Source of the DNA: Sarea resinae
Taxonomy: Eukaryota
Assembly: GCA_026026165.1 (NCBI GenBank)
Contig: JAPEUD010000082.1
Coordinates: 1 to 64,000 of the forward strand
Reading direction: 5' to 3'
DNA: 64,000 nt
The position numbers and the translations under genes are program-made. This document shows, one piece after another, positions 1 through 14,000 of the stretch (positions are counted from its first letter, which is position 1; each line of letters opens with the position of its first letter). The notes under the pieces were generated by a model that saw only the letters and a program-made list of their open reading frames with translations, was not told the origin of the DNA and did not search any database.

Positions 1-140
1 TGTTCCCCCCCCCCCCCCCTTTTTTTTTTTTATCTTGATCTTGATCTTCATCTTGATCTTCATCTTCATCTTCATCTTCATCTTCACTCTTTCTTTCTTT
101 CTTTCACCTTATCTTTTATCTTCACTCTTAGATCTAGATG
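1..140. repeat. Low-complexity tract: poly-C, poly-T, (TTCATC/TTGATC)n hexamer repeat, (TTTC)n
   Basis: Read directly; the hexamer array runs about 33-86. Confidence 0.9.
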
Positions 141-219
141 GCTTTTGCTTTTGCTTTTGATTTCTCCTATGGATTTCTGGTTTCTCGGACCTGGTGGGTC
201 TCCCTCCCTGCCTACCTAT

Positions 220-275
220 AGAGTGGGCCAGAGTGGGCCAGAGCGGGCCAGAGTGAGCCAGAGTGAGCCAGAGTG
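220..275. repeat. 10-bp tandem repeat (AGAGTGRGCC) x about 5.5
   Basis: gagtgggcca gagtgggcca gagcgggcca gagtgagcca gagtgagcca gagtg. Confidence 0.9.
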
Positions 276-816
276 CCTACCGATCTCACCTCCGCCAACC
301 GCCAACCCCGCTCCTTTTTCTCCTGCAGATTTTCTGGCCGAGAGAAAAACGAAAAGACGAGGGGGAAGGATGAGAGGAGATGAGATGAGATGGGGAAGGT
401 TTATACACGTCACAGAGAAGTGGAAAAAGAGACGGGGAAACGACTATTGTCATTCGTAGTATTCTCATCATTCATCCCTACGGGCTCATTTGGCGGGGAG
501 GACGGAAATACCGCACTGTACTGTAACTGTACTTGAAGAAACATAACATGACAGGATCATGCTGGTTTTGAGACTAAAAGACGTGACAGATATCATATAA
601 CATAACGCGCTAGAAAGCTGCCGACGCCGAACTGGCCGATCCACCCAACCCGATCCGACCGCTCCTGTAGTGAAAATCCAAGCGCAAACGCCCGTGTTCT
701 GAACCGCTTTCCGGGGTACTAGATGAAAAAGAACGAGTGAGAGAGTGATGGTGAGGCGACATCTGATAGAAGGTTGGACGACGTCGGAGAAAAGAGACCG
801 CATGGAAGGAGTAGAA

Positions 817-2599
817 CTAGTCGGCCGTCAGGGCAAAGCTGATGCCCAAAATTCCCATGCCGATAAAGGCAAACGCCATGCAGAGATTTCGATTGTGCGT
901 TAAGCTCAAACCTTCGGAGAAGAGCTGGAGAGCAACAGAAGTCATGATGCCGGCTATTTGTATACACACGTTAGAAAAAAAAGCAAGAATAGGAAACAAA
1001 AAGAACTCACCGGTAACAGCAAACATGCCCCCGTAGACACCCTCTCCGGGCGCCATATCTGTCCGTCCAGCAACCTTGAACCAGATCGCCGCGACACCAG
1101 CTCCGAGTGGCTGGCTAAGACCGCCAAGAAGAAAACTCCAGGTGATGGCTTTCCAGCGATAGCCAAGAGCGAGATACAGTGGCAGGGCCATAGCAAAGCC
1201 CTCGGTGATATTGTGAATGAAGAGGGCGACGAAGACAGCAAAGCCGAGTTTGGGATTGGCGTGATTGGTGGCAAAGGTGATGAACCCTTCGGGTAGCTTG
1301 TGTACCGCGATGGCAATGGAGGTTTGGAGACCTATCGAGAGAAAGGCATTTGTGGGGACGTGATGGTGATGAGGCTGGGAGGGTTCGCTAGCAAGTTGAG
1401 TCGATGCTGTCGATTGCCTTCTTAAAGGCGTCCCTTCGTCACCTTCAGGCATAGAGGCCGTCGAGCCAGGTCCTGAGTGCGCGGACGAAGACCCATCAAG
1501 GCCATGAAGATCAAGCTGTGACTTGCTCTCGGATGGGCGTTTAGAGCTGCTGGAGGGCGAATCCAGAGATGCCTCCTCATCAAGGCCTTCTAGTGCATGA
1601 TTCGAGTTTTGCGAGAAAGGCGCAGTATTGGTGCGCCACAGACCAGGCTGTCTGGCCGTCAATGATTGAGTCCGCGTTAGATTCAAAGGTTTACTTTGCA
1701 ATATTTTGTAGCATTCTTGGCCACAAGGATCAGAATATCCGTAGCAAGGACCCCCTTCGTCGCATGACGCTTTGCTTCCCACTACGAGAGACGAGACCTG
1801 GGTGGTCAGCCGTTTCTGTAGCGATGGCCTCTGCGAAGATGCTGGCACGGAAAGTAGAGGAGCATCGGCCCTCTGGGCGGTCTCCTGAGGTGTGGAGGTG
1901 AATCTATGGGAGAAGTCGTGGTTCTCTATGTCATGACCCGATAACAAAGGCGAGCTTTCTGTTGGAAGAGATCCATTGCCGTGAACAAAGTCGTTCCTTG
2001 TGTGCAGATGATTGTGACTGTGATCCTCATGATGTGGTCGCTTGTGGTGCGAGTGGTGATCATGATGATCGTGATCGGTATGAGATGGATCCTGATCCGC
2101 ATGCGTATGGTCGCAATCCACCACATGGGAAGGGATATAATGGTGCAAAACGCGGGACACAATCTGGATGCCCAAGACGCCGGCCAGGAAGAAGCCAACC
2201 AATGCATACTCGGCGGCCTGCGAAGAGAAACCGCTTTTCTTCAAAGCGTCTTTGGCCGAAGGAAGCATGCCATACGTGGCCGAGAATATCTGAACACAAA
2301 TAATCAGTCTCGACATCATCCCTTGCACTTCTTTCCAGCGGCGTTACAGTACGTACCATAACCCCAAAACTCAGGCTCAGCGATGATGATAGAAAAGCAT
2401 TGCTGTCCTGGATTCGAAAATTCTTCTGCCCTGGGAGATACTGGATCAGGAGATCCACACCGATGATGCTAGATCCCAAGACGCAGGCTGTCCGACTGTT
2501 AGTCGACCCATATTCTCGAGCAAGATGGGCGGGACATCACTCACCAACACCGCTGACACAGGTCATGATCCATCCTCGAGTGTCGTTGTCCAGCGCCAT
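817..2599 (-). CDS. ZRT3: ZIP-family zinc transporter, ZRT3-like (probably vacuolar); exons 2599-2545, 2487-2357, 2289-1011, 953-817
   Basis: N-terminus MALDNDTRGWIMTCVSG; long His-rich loop; ZIP signatures HKLPEG and HNITEG; canonical GT-AG introns keep the frame. Confidence 0.85.
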
Positions 2600-3373
2600 G
2601 CCGAATAAGATTTGATGCAAATCGTATGGCGGTTGCAGGAAAAGGCTGTGGAGATTGGGATTGCGAGTCAGAGGTATACTTCGTACGCTCTACCTTGCAT
2701 CAGTGGTCCTGTCTGTATTTCAACAAAGAAGCGGCCCAAAAGTGCCACGATTTGATATTGAATGCAAGATCCAATGATTTGCCATCGATTGGCATTCCTT
2801 GGTGTTGTGAGAATAAGGTACCTACCGGTACAGGGAGTTAGATGCCGTCATCGTGCACCAGCGGCGCTCTATCCCATTTAGGGACCAGCCACCAAGGTAC
2901 GCGAGGTACACACTAGGTACCTGCTTTACCCTGCTCCTACACGTCAACGAGTCGGCCATCGTCGATTCCTCACCCCTTATTCATTATATCACCCAGGACG
3001 GATGGATACTTTGAGATGATGCAGAATTGCAGCTGTTTTATTTTGAAGATATGGCACGAGACTCTCGATCTGGACAGAGATCTGAATGTCCATCCGACTT
3101 TTAACCTGTTGATTTCTAGACGCATCGATATACCATATATCATATGCAGTCATAGATCGTAATCTGTTGATGCCATTTATCATCTTACCAAGAACACCCC
3201 TGAACCTGCATATTGAGCGCCAGAAACCCCACATATAGCCCCACGCCCTTTTACCTCCACCGCTCCTGGTGACAAAGAGACGCTAACGAAGACTACAACG
3301 CCATACACGTGCCCTGCCCTGAGGGACAGTTAACAAGTAGAGGAGGAAAAGGAGAAAGGGTTGATGCAACCAA

Positions 3374-6022
3374 TCAGACGGTATTGTCCTGGAACGGCTC
3401 GACACCTTTCTTGATCTCGTGCACAATCTCCGCCGCCTCGGACGCGTTATGGGCCTCGAAGTCATAACGTTTGGTTTCGCGCTCTTTGAAGATGACAACC
3501 TGTATTCGCTGATGAGTACCAATCAAAAGAAGGCATTGAAAGAGATAGACTCACCCTGAACGTCTTCGGATGCCGACGACTGACTTTACATCCAACCACG
3601 CTACTGAAATGGATCGTCGTCGTCTTCCCACTGGCATCGAAAAGCGTTCGTCCGCTATCTCCAGGCATGATATGCATGTATTCTCCGTCGATAGCCAAGA
3701 CGCGCTGATGAGACGGCGTAAACGACATGGGCTGTTTGCGAATGACGTTGTATTTGCGATAGTGGGTTGTACTGCCCATCCAGTCTTGTTTCTGGTTCTG
3801 TGCGAGATTCGGGTTGAAGAGGAGGCCCTTTTTGCCTTTCTTTGGTGTGGATTCATTAGTGAGGAGGAGAGGGGCGTTGGGGCTGCTGCTGCCGGGGGAG
3901 CCGGCGAGACTACTCATAGGGCCGTCATTGGCAAACCGGCGACGGACAAGATCAAGATCGGCACGGTCGCCGAGGGACTCAACTGTTCGGTCGGGTGGAG
4001 CGACGGTGTTGGTTCCAGAGACTTTGAGAATGTGGTGCGCTTTGTCAAAGTTCCATTTCTTGCAGACAGTATCAAGGACTTCGGCAAGATAGGTGTCGGT
4101 CGTGACATCGAGGGTTGTGACCTGTGTATAGGCGTCGAGTGTCAGGAAATGGATTTTCAGACGCTTGGAAGCTCCCATACGGGGAACGGCATGGGAAGTC
4201 GGCAAAGCGGGGATGTCGGCTGGGGCTGCGGCGTTGGTTCGTGGTACTGTGGAGGCGAACCGAGGACCCATGAGAGGATTTTGGCGGGGACCAAGGGAGA
4301 TGGTCTGAATTTGAGGAGTAGGATCTGGTTGCTGAAGGACTGATTCGAGAACGTCGTCCTGGGCAGAAGACTCTTGGGTAAAGCGAGGGGTAAGACGTTG
4401 GTTCTCACGGATTTCATCCGGCGTCGCCTCTACAAGGGCGAATTCGTCGTATGGCTTGTCCCTCGGCCTGGCCCTCGCCGCACGATTGTTGTTCGATGTA
4501 AAGTCGACAATTGGCCGATTTCGGCTCAACGCTGGGAAATCGTAGTCGACTTCACCATCTTCAATCATCCGGAAATTGAAATGATTGACACTCATCTTGT
4601 CGCCCTTTATAGGAGGATCTATTCCTTCCTCACAGTATCTCCACAGGCTAAGTCCGATCGCATCTGCAACTGTAACGGGTATCTTGTCACCATTATCCGA
4701 CTCAAAAGCAAAGGGCCGCAGCGGCATCTCGATAGGCTTGTTTGGATTCTTTGAAAAAGGTACGTAGATCTTAATTTGAAGTGGGTTAGGATCGCCCTTT
4801 CCGGAGAATGTCGCGAAAGCCTCAAAAGGACTCGAGGGCTTCTTCTTCCTCGCCTTGATAGCTTCACCTAGAGCGCTGATAGGCTGCAATGTACTGATCG
4901 GTCGAGGCGGCGGTAAGGCTTGCAGTTCAGATGGAGCTTGCCTGCTCTTTTTGGGAGACGCACTCTGGCTCGGGCCTTGCGGAATATGGACGAGCGGTAA
5001 AGAGGTTAATGGATCAGCGACATCTCCAAGGAGAGAAGTTGAGTCCGCCGTCTCAGCAAATCCAGAAGACAGACTCGTGCCGGCAGATTCGATGCCGCTG
5101 TCGCCGGCTTCCCCGTCTGTATCTTCTCTCGACGCCGGCTGCTCCTCCTCTTTGATCTCCTGTGCGAGTATCTGACTAGCTTTGACTGTTCGGGCATTCT
5201 TACCCCCAGTGAGCTGTTTTCGTTTGAACAGCGATGGGTCCAGCTCATTCTCCGAGGACAGATCGCTGCTCGTCACAGTATCCCTTCTTGCTCGCTCTTT
5301 GACTGCTTCGACCGCGCCAAGAGACCCCCTTCGCAGGCGGCTATCGCCAGATGGCCGAGATGGCGATGTGACCAGAACCGAGGGTCCATCTTTCAGATTG
5401 GAGCCGCGTATCGGGGATGACCCAGCTCGAGTCCGTACGGGCATTTTCGCGAATCTAATCTGCTGAGCAGCTCTAAGAGAGATGAGCACATGACATCGTA
5501 GGCCGAACAGGAACAAGAGCGTAAATATTACCTCTGCCCATCAGCATCCTCATCACTTTCGTCACTTAGGTCACTGCTATCCTCTTCTTCCAAAAACTCC
5601 TTTCGTCTCTTTCTTCGCACCACTGGCCCCGGCCCAACAGTATCGGTGCTCCCACCTCCAGTAACCATGCCACCTTCATCCTCATCATCACCGAACCCAG
5701 CGGGCGTCAGACCAGCTGACTGAGGCGGAGCTTGGAAGTATTCGGAGGCTATCGCGGTGGGTATTGGTGGGGAATAGGTCCGCTTGACATCTGACGCGTT
5801 GATCGCCCATCCTGCGGCGCGAAAACGATGGTCATTCAGGACACTTGGGTTCAAGTTGATCAGACGTTCCCCCACCCCGTCCTTGATTGAGTTCAGGTAC
5901 GAGCTGCGGAGGTGGAATAACACAAAGCTGTCGCGGGGCTGTCAGCAAGTTGTCACTTCTCGAGTATCTCTCACGATCTCAAAGGGCGAGCCCACTCACT
6001 CCTCGTTCTGTAGAAGAGACAT
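3374..6022 (-). CDS. SIN1: TORC2 subunit SIN1/Avo1; exons 6022-6000, 5927-5532, 5472-3555, 3499-3374
   Basis: MSLLQNE N-terminus; CRIM region (VADAIGLSLWRY...EDGEVDYDFPAL); RBD-like region; C-terminal PH domain (YNVIRKQPM...RVLAIDGEYMHIMP...KRYDFEA). Confidence 0.9.
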
Positions 6023-6345
6023 GGCGCTAGAAATCGTCGATCTTGTGGCTACATTCCTCTTCCTCCGTAAATCATTGTGAGATCAAGCCATGCTGTGCTG
6101 ACACGGTCTTTCGTTGCGCGCTGTTCTCACCTGCGGTTTGGTGTTCAGTGGAGAGCCCGAGCGATTGAGTGATGATATGCACTGCATGCGACACAGCCTT
6201 CCAGTGCAGAAAGCGGCGGCATCGTTTCACCGAAACGCCGACAGACATTGAACTCCAAGCATCCAGATGCATCACCAGAACAAGAACAATCGCCAAAACC
6301 CGGATTCAACAATCATTCCAGAACGGCCTTCAGTAACGGCCCACA

Positions 6346-7596
6346 ATGGTCCTCGTAGACTACTCCGACTCGGAGTCCTCCTCGGACGAAACCGATCTCA
6401 AAACGGGCTCCCAGCCGCCACGACCACCGTCGTCATCCAAACCCACTACCACAAAGCCAACCTTCCAAAAAGTCGTTGACCGCAGCTCGCATAAGATCCG
6501 AGTCAACCTCCCTAAAGCGACCAAAGAAGAACATCCAGAAGATGCCGAGGACCATGACGACCGACCTGCCAAACGCGCCAGAACAGCAGCCGGCGGGGGC
6601 TTCAACTCCTTCCTCCCCGCGCCGAAGAAACAGGCTCCGGCCTCTGCCAGCCAGGGCCAGATCTCAGCGAAGCGGGGAATAGGTAGTGGAATCAGTCTGA
6701 AGACCGGAGCCGCACCGGCGTTTAATCGAGAGCCGGAGCCAGGACCGGAGGACCAGGTGGCGGAAGTTGAGGAAGACTACTCTGGATGGAACGAGGAGAG
6801 GCCTACGAGCGGAGAGGCTGAGCAAAAGATCACGACACCAGATACGGCCTCGAGCGGCAACAAGCTGAGCGAAGATGTCAAGAAATCGGCAGGCACGCCG
6901 ATGATGTTCAAGCCTCTATCCGTAGCACGAAAGCCTGGACAAAAGAAGAAAAAGCCTGTCAGCAACTCCACCAACGACCACATCAACAGCACAAGCACTG
7001 TCCCCACAACCGCAGGAGCGACAAACCCAACCCCTTCTACCAAGCCTCCGCCGAAGAAAGTATCGCTCTTCTCCCTCTCCGCCGATCAGCCGACCTCAAA
7101 CATACCCAGCACCTCTGCCGCAACGTCAGAGCCATACACGCCGCTCCTCTACACCCCAACCCCCGATCCAACAACCTCTCAAGCCCCACTCGAAGATGCC
7201 GCCGCAGATCCGGACACATTCTCTGCACCCCCCGAACCCACCACTACCACCACTAGCTCTCAACCCACACTCTCAACCCTAGCACAAGACCTCCACCTGC
7301 CCCCAGCAGCCATGCGCCAACTATTCGGCCGCCAATCCCGCGCCAACGCCAACGCTCCCGCACAAGACAACGCAAAGATCATAACATTCAACACGGACGC
7401 CGAATACGCGGCCAACGAAGCCCTGCGCGCCGCGGGCGAAACCGTCCAGCACAACCCCGTGCGCGCCATCGCGCCCGGAAAGCACAGTCTCAAGCAGCTT
7501 GTGAGCGCGGCCAGTAACCAGAAGGAGGCGCTCGAGGAGCAGTTCGCTAGCGGGAGACGGAACAAGAAAGAGGCTGGAGGGAGGTATGGGTGGTGA
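6346..7596 (+). CDS. PRCC-like (MAD2B-interacting, spliceosome-associated) proline-rich protein, single exon
   Basis: MVLVDYSDSE start; conserved C-terminus GKHSLKQLV...ALEEQFASGRRNKKEAGGRYGW typical of the PRCC family. Confidence 0.8.
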   Translation: MVLVDYSDSESSSDETDLKTGSQPPRPPSSSKPTTTKPTFQKVVDRSSHKIRVNLPKATKEEHPEDAEDHDDRPAKRARTAAGGGFNSFLPAPKKQAPASASQGQISAKRGIGSGISLKTGAAPAFNREPEPGPEDQVAEVEEDYSGWNEERPTSGEAEQKITTPDTASSGNKLSEDVKKSAGTPMMFKPLSVARKPGQKKKKPVSNSTNDHINSTSTVPTTAGATNPTPSTKPPPKKVSLFSLSADQPTSNIPSTSAATSEPYTPLLYTPTPDPTTSQAPLEDAAADPDTFSAPPEPTTTTTSSQPTLSTLAQDLHLPPAAMRQLFGRQSRANANAPAQDNAKIITFNTDAEYAANEALRAAGETVQHNPVRAIAPGKHSLKQLVSAASNQKEALEEQFASGRRNKKEAGGRYGW

Positions 7597-8096
7597 GATG
7601 GATGGCTTGAAAGACCTTTTGTTCTGTGGCATTGGGGGCCCTGGTTTGAGGAACCTAGATATCCGCGTTTCGTCTCGGTGTCCAGCGTGTCTCTGTTATA
7701 ATGTTAAATTGGTCACTTTCTTTCTCTCACTGCATATTGTCATTGTCCACTATTCAGAGGCGCGCCAACATCGTAGCACTCAATACCCAGCGTTCTCAAT
7801 ATGACATATTTACATACCAAAGAAATGAGAGTGAAACCATGTCTAGAACTTTGCTGAGAGACCTGAAATTTGGACTAAGGATTTTTTTCGACCCAGAAGC
7901 ATACAAATACGCAAGCCAACTAGTTACACATAAAGCGACCCTCCAACGCCAACCGCCGGCAAAAAAAAAAGGCTTCTATATACACACTAAGTCGTCCACC
8001 ACCGAAAACCAAGCCAGAGGGGAACAACGACGACGACAACAACAACAACAAGAACATATACAATATGAACTGCAGCTCCTCAAAGCTCCTCCGCAC

Positions 8097-11000
8097 TCAC
8101 AGCCCGGCATCGACAACCTCGGCGAACCATAAGCGCAGCGCCGTCGCGAGCACACCGGGCAACTCCCTGACGTCGCCGACGACAAGATAATACGCAAACG
8201 GGAAGCCGTCGAGGTAGCGCTTCATGCGTAACTTCATCTCGCCGGTGACGGGATCGGGCTCGAAGGACGCGGTACTCATGTCCATGATTGACGAGGAAGG
8301 AAGAGGAGGAGCAGGAGGGTTTCCTGCGCTACTACCACCACCACCCCTCAACGCATCCACAATCACAAACACAATCATGATCCGTTCTTCATGGGCCTGA
8401 CGGACCAATCGTCGAATTGACTCATGATCCTCACACACGCCGTCCGAGATGATGAGTTCAAGCTGCCAGAGATCGGCGTTGGCGCCACCGCCAGAATGCG
8501 AGGACTTCAGCCTGGCCTCACGGAAGAGCGACAGGGATTGTGTGAGGAGGGCTCGGACGTCGGTCTTGGTCTTGTCGAAGCCAAAGTGCTGGAACACCTT
8601 GGCGCCCGCGTCGGCCGAGAAGGGTGCGTCGAAGGGATGGGCGACGGTGACGTCGTTTCCGAAACCAACGACGCAGATCTCGCCCACTTCCAGCATGCTC
8701 AGACTGCGGCTGATGAGTGCGAGCGTGTTGAATGCCAGGTCCTTGGCTCCGCTCTCGGCCATGCTTTTGCTGTCGTCGACGGCGAGCATGATCTGGTATG
8801 TGCGCTTCGAGGGGACTGAGCGCCGCATCCAAATCTTGTCGCGACGGTACTGCGAGGCTATGTAGGGGATAATGCGTTTGATATTCAGCCGCTTGCCAGT
8901 ACGGAAGTCGCCACGCATTTTGGTAGCGAGCGTAGGGGCGAGGATGAGACGGAGTTGTTCGGTAAGAGAGAAAGAGAGGGCGCGAGTAAGGGATTCGTGG
9001 TGGGTCCAGAGGGCGCGAGCTTCGGTATCAGAGCGTGCGGAGGCAAGCGAGGTAGGCTCGAGGTGAGTTTGTGAGAGTTGCGTGTCGAGGTCATCTGGAG
9101 GAAGGAGATCCTCGTCTTGGTCTTGGCCAACGTGGGGGTGGGGTTCATCTTGTCTTTGGTTTTCTGCTCCACCGATAATTGCACCAGATCGAGTCTGATT
9201 TGCATCCTGAGGTTCGAGGTTATTAACAGGCTCCGAATCTTCCATTTGAATATCATTGTCCATGTCTTGCTGTTCAGGTTCCTCATCTGGAAGGAAATTG
9301 TCAGGGAGTTTCTTCGACTCCGAATCCAACGCTTTACTCTCGTCCAAGGTATGGGCTTGGTCTTCAGTAGCCGAACCTAATGCTTGAGTATCAGCATGAG
9401 TATCATCATCCGGCAGATGCTCAAACTCGGCGTTCTCAGCATCGATATCCATTTCTTGAGGGGGCTCGGCGCCCTCTTGCTCAGTAGCTTGCCGAATCTC
9501 CTTTTGTTGGCGATGCCAGCGTTCCAGTGCGTCGCCAAGCTTTTTAAACGCCTGACTCTCTCTATTCTCCTGTGGTGCGTCGTCTTCTTGACCAGAGCCT
9601 GCCTCAGGTTTTGAGCTTGCCTGTCCCTTTTGGCCATCTTCTGCTGCAGCATCTTGGCCTCCAGAATCATCGGATTCTTTCTTGGCACCTTCAGTCTGTT
9701 TTGCGTTTGAAGACCGGTTATCGTGATCTTGTTCTTCGTTTTGCTCACCACCGAGGCCTTGTACGTCGCTTGGGGCCGCGTTTTCGTTATCAGCAGCCGC
9801 CTCGTCGGTTTGATCACGCAGCAGTCCTTCCTGATTTTCATCAATGATGTCCTGCTCTTCGGGTTTGTCTCCGGCATCTTCAGTCTTTGCGCCTTCTTCC
9901 TCCTCCTTACCAGCATCTAAGTCAGGGAAGTCAAGATCAGCTGAGGCTTGATCTTCTTCGGCTGCTTGCCCCTCTTCCTCATCCTGATCTGGACCCTCTG
10001 GTTGCTGTTTATCGGCACCCTCTTGCTCAATGTCCGAGAGCTCATCCATCATATCATCGTCTATATCATCCTCTCCTTCAGACCCTTTATCACCATCTAA
10101 GTTCATCTCCTCCGGCAAGTCGAGAACATCTCCTTCCTCTGCATGGGGATCAGTCTTCTCCATTTCTTCGTTCCTTACTTCTTCGCCCTCCTCCGCCCCT
10201 TCCTCCTCAATCTCTTCCTCGTCGCCCTCAGCTCCTTCTTGGTTTTTCTCTTTCTTGCTCTCTTCCGCCGCGACCTGTTCATCTTCCTTTTTGCTTCCTT
10301 TGGTGTTATCTCCTTCCTTATCTTTTTCAGCTTCCTCCCCACCACCATCCCAAAGCTTCTCATCCACGGCATTAGGATCAAGATCGTCTACTCCGCCTGC
10401 CTCTTCGTCTATCTCGTCATCTTCTCCTTCACCATCAGAGCCACCCTCCTCATCCTCTTCTTTCTCAGGAGCATCTCCCATCTCGCCTTCTAATTCATCT
10501 TGCTGCATATCAACGGCGTCTTTTTCATCTTCAATTTCTTCGCGGTCCTTATCTTTCTCCACATCTGGTTGTTGAGCTAATTCCGAGAGGTCTTCATCTT
10601 CTTGGATATCCTTACTGATATCTTCGGCTCCTTCACCTTCGCCCAGACCAGTGCCTCCTTCCGTCTTTTCGGTCTTGCCATCTTCCGCGGCAGACTTCTC
10701 TGCAGGAGTACAGAAGCCCTCAGAAGCGATTTGCGTGAACGACTTCGAAAGGATATACGACATTTTGCAGGTAGATCGGTGCAGCTGTGCGTATTTGCCG
10801 GCAAATTTCTGATAGACTTGTTCGTATTGACGGACAATAGGCAGCATGACCGCGAAAAGTGCTGACGCTGCACTGGCAAGTGGTGTATCTTGGAGATCGA
10901 GGTGCCTCAGCTTGCCCATAGCATCTTCAAGCAAAGAACAGATATCTCTTGCGTGCAGAGATCGGATAAGGGCTGTTTGTGAGGCATCTTCTTTGGCAAA

Positions 11001-14000
11001 CCACGAGGGATCATCGGTCGAGGAAGGCAATAGAGCCATTTTTTCTTGCATCCGCTGCAGAGCCACCAACGTTGAATCAAGGGCAATGGATAGATAGTGA
11101 TCGATATCGGCTAGCTCAAGACGGGAGCTATCTCTCGTCTCCCCATTGACCATTATAGTGACTTCTTCGCTCCACAATTCGACCCAGGGTAAAATTTGCT
11201 TCACTACAAAAGCCACCACTGGATATTCCTCGACCCACTGTACCACATCTTGTCTAAGCTCTTGTAAGAATCGTTCAGCGTGCCCACAAACATCAGCAGC
11301 AGTGCTCGTTGAGATCCCCTCGGGTAGTAGCGGCAAGGCGTTCCATTCGTCTCGCAAAACTTCTGCTGCTTCTTGTCTCGAAGCTAGGCCTTCTATGATA
11401 GACTTGGTGGATTCGAGCTGAGACAGCTTAGCATGAACCTTGACGACGTGAGATCCAACTGCAAGGATGCTGGGCAACCATCTGACGGTCCTCTGAAGAC
11501 TTTCTCTTCTGCCGATAGAGGCTATGCTGATATCTTGAATAGTGTATTGATCGGGAGCCCAAAGATTCTGCATCTTCTCCACAGTTTTACTTAAAGTCGT
11601 CAAGTCATCGAGAGCGTTTGCCAACGCTTCTCGTTGCTTGAGTATGACGTAGAGAAGCCCTTCAATATATCCTGCACTTCTCACAATTTCTGCTCCAGTT
11701 ATCTCCTCTGAATGCTCCCTTACTGCTTCTCTGACTCGGGGCAGTAGATCCAGAAGACGGTGCATGTAGAGATCTGCATCTACTACGGTCCTCTCGGATT
11801 GATCAACAAACGGTGCTGCTGTTGCCAAGATTGCTGCCGGTGAACTCTGCTTTGCAAGGGCATCTGCACTCAAGTTTGACTTAAAGCCCATTTGCCGAAT
11901 CTCTCTCAGCGTATCTGCCATCAGCTTCCGCTTCCTGGATTTCAAATGCTTCACAACGTCCTTGTTCTCCTCTGTGAGCGTAGATGGGGTCTCCTTTCGA
12001 AGGTCCGCGATCGCCGTAATGAAATCAGAACAGAATGATTCCAGGTACTCGGATCCGCCTATAATATTTGCAGGAGTCTGACTCATTCTGCCCATTGACG
12101 CTACAGTGGTAGCAATGTTGGTGAACCGGGCCGGCCTGGAATTCCAGCGAGGGACAGAGCTTTGACATATGAGAAGAGCTCTTTCGTCAACTCTTTCAGG
12201 TATCGAGATCTTCGAGGTCTCAGCGAATTGATCATTGGATGGTAGTATGTCCGGTATGCCTTGTCTAAGAATATTCTCAACAGGCTGAGCAAGCAGAGTG
12301 CGATACTTTTTGACCAGCCTGAATAACTTGCGGTGCGATCTTTTGGCGCTATCTCGTAGAGCAATGACGTTAGCGTCTCTCCAACTCGCCAGCAGAACCA
12401 CTTCCTTCATATCCTTCTCCAACTTCTGTCGACCTTTGGCCACCACCTCATTGACAGCTCCCTCAAATCGAGAAAAGAAGATGATGAAGTTGATTAGAGC
12501 ATTGTGAATGATAGCCATAGGCGGCATGTCCTTAGCTAGCAAAGCTAGATGCTCTCTTAGCTGCTCAAGCAGACGGAGACGTTGTGAGTACTGTCCCATT
12601 GTGGTGGTCGTAAGAAATTCCTGCAAGGTTCCAAGGAGCTTCTTCGCATGTTCGTCAAGACCCTCCCCACTCTCTATGAGAGATAAAGGTGCAGCTACAA
12701 TGACTTCGTACGCGACAAACCACCAGCCTTGTGCATCTTCGTCGCATTTTTCTTTCTCGATGTCGAAAAGACGGGCCCATGTCGAAAGCTCCAATTGTCG
12801 CCAACTGACGAGCAGCGAGGTCAGCTCATCCTGTAAGCTGGCAGCAGAGAACTCCTTGCTGGCAACAACTTGCCACTCGCTAAGAAAGGCGTGCAATTTC
12901 TCAGCTTTGGTGATGAATTTTGCCACTGGCTCAATATGTCGAGTGGCAAACAGTTCTTTGCAAACACCAATGACATCTTGAAGGGTTGCATGTTCTGGCC
13001 AAGTCTCCTGGATTGACAAGAATCGATTTTGGATGCGTCTCGTCAATGCTAAGAGTTTGTTTGCTTCCGCAAGGTTCATGTCCGTGTAAAAGTTGTAAGT
13101 CCTACCGTGATCGGACGGACTCGTCAAGGACTCTGCTGCTTTGTCAATAGAGACCAGCACTCCAGCCAGCAGGTTTTCGACCAGGGTTTTTGGTGTACAT
13201 TGGTTGGGCTCCAAAGTCACTCTGCCAATCTGTATCGCGGATGACTCCAGCATGCTCTGCAGTATTTTGGAAGCGGGCTGCTTTTTGGTGAAAACATCAG
13301 CATGTATGCCGGAAAGCTTGATAGCTAGCTGCTTCGGATCCTCAGTCTGTGATGGCGAAGGCAAACTCTCATCCGATTCCGGAACTTCGTAGTCGGGAAA
13401 AAGTTCTCTGAATTCTTCAATTTCCGCATCGTCATTTTGGTCCTCGTCACCCCTATATCGATAGAGGCCAGACCTAGCAGCAGCCTTTTCTTGGTCTGAA
13501 GCCAGTTGATCCTTCCACTGCATGTAGTAATTATGGAAACCCTCGAAAATATTCTGGCGCAAATCTCGAGAAAATGAAGATATTCCATCAACGCTTTGAA
13601 TTGTAGCTGTCGTCTGGAGGTAATGAAGGCGCAGCTGGCTTTGCAGAGAGCCGAGACTTTCTGGAACGCCCTGCATGAAAGTTGACGGTTGTGCGCCGAG
13701 AAATAAAGTCCTCTGGGAGAAGGCGTGAACCTCCTCCAATGCCTGGTTTCTGGAGAGTCCAGTCAGAGTAGCTAGAGTCAGTCCAATATCAAACGAGCGA
13801 AGCATTCCTACGATGGGAAGAGTAATATCATCGTATGCTCTGAATCCCTGCGACAGTCTTTCTATTATTCTGGCCGTGTTGGCACGAAGAAGGTTCGATT
13901 CCTGAAGCGCATCAATATTCCCACTGAGGAGACTCGTAAGGACGTTGCTTTCAGGTGCTGGCCGAACGATAGTATTCAGCAGATTTGTGAATTCCCCTTG

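Noticed and set aside
220..275. Short tandem arrays here and at 52501-52572 as possible CRISPR-like repeats
   Set aside because: No spacers, units of only 8-10 bp, eukaryotic context and no cas genes.
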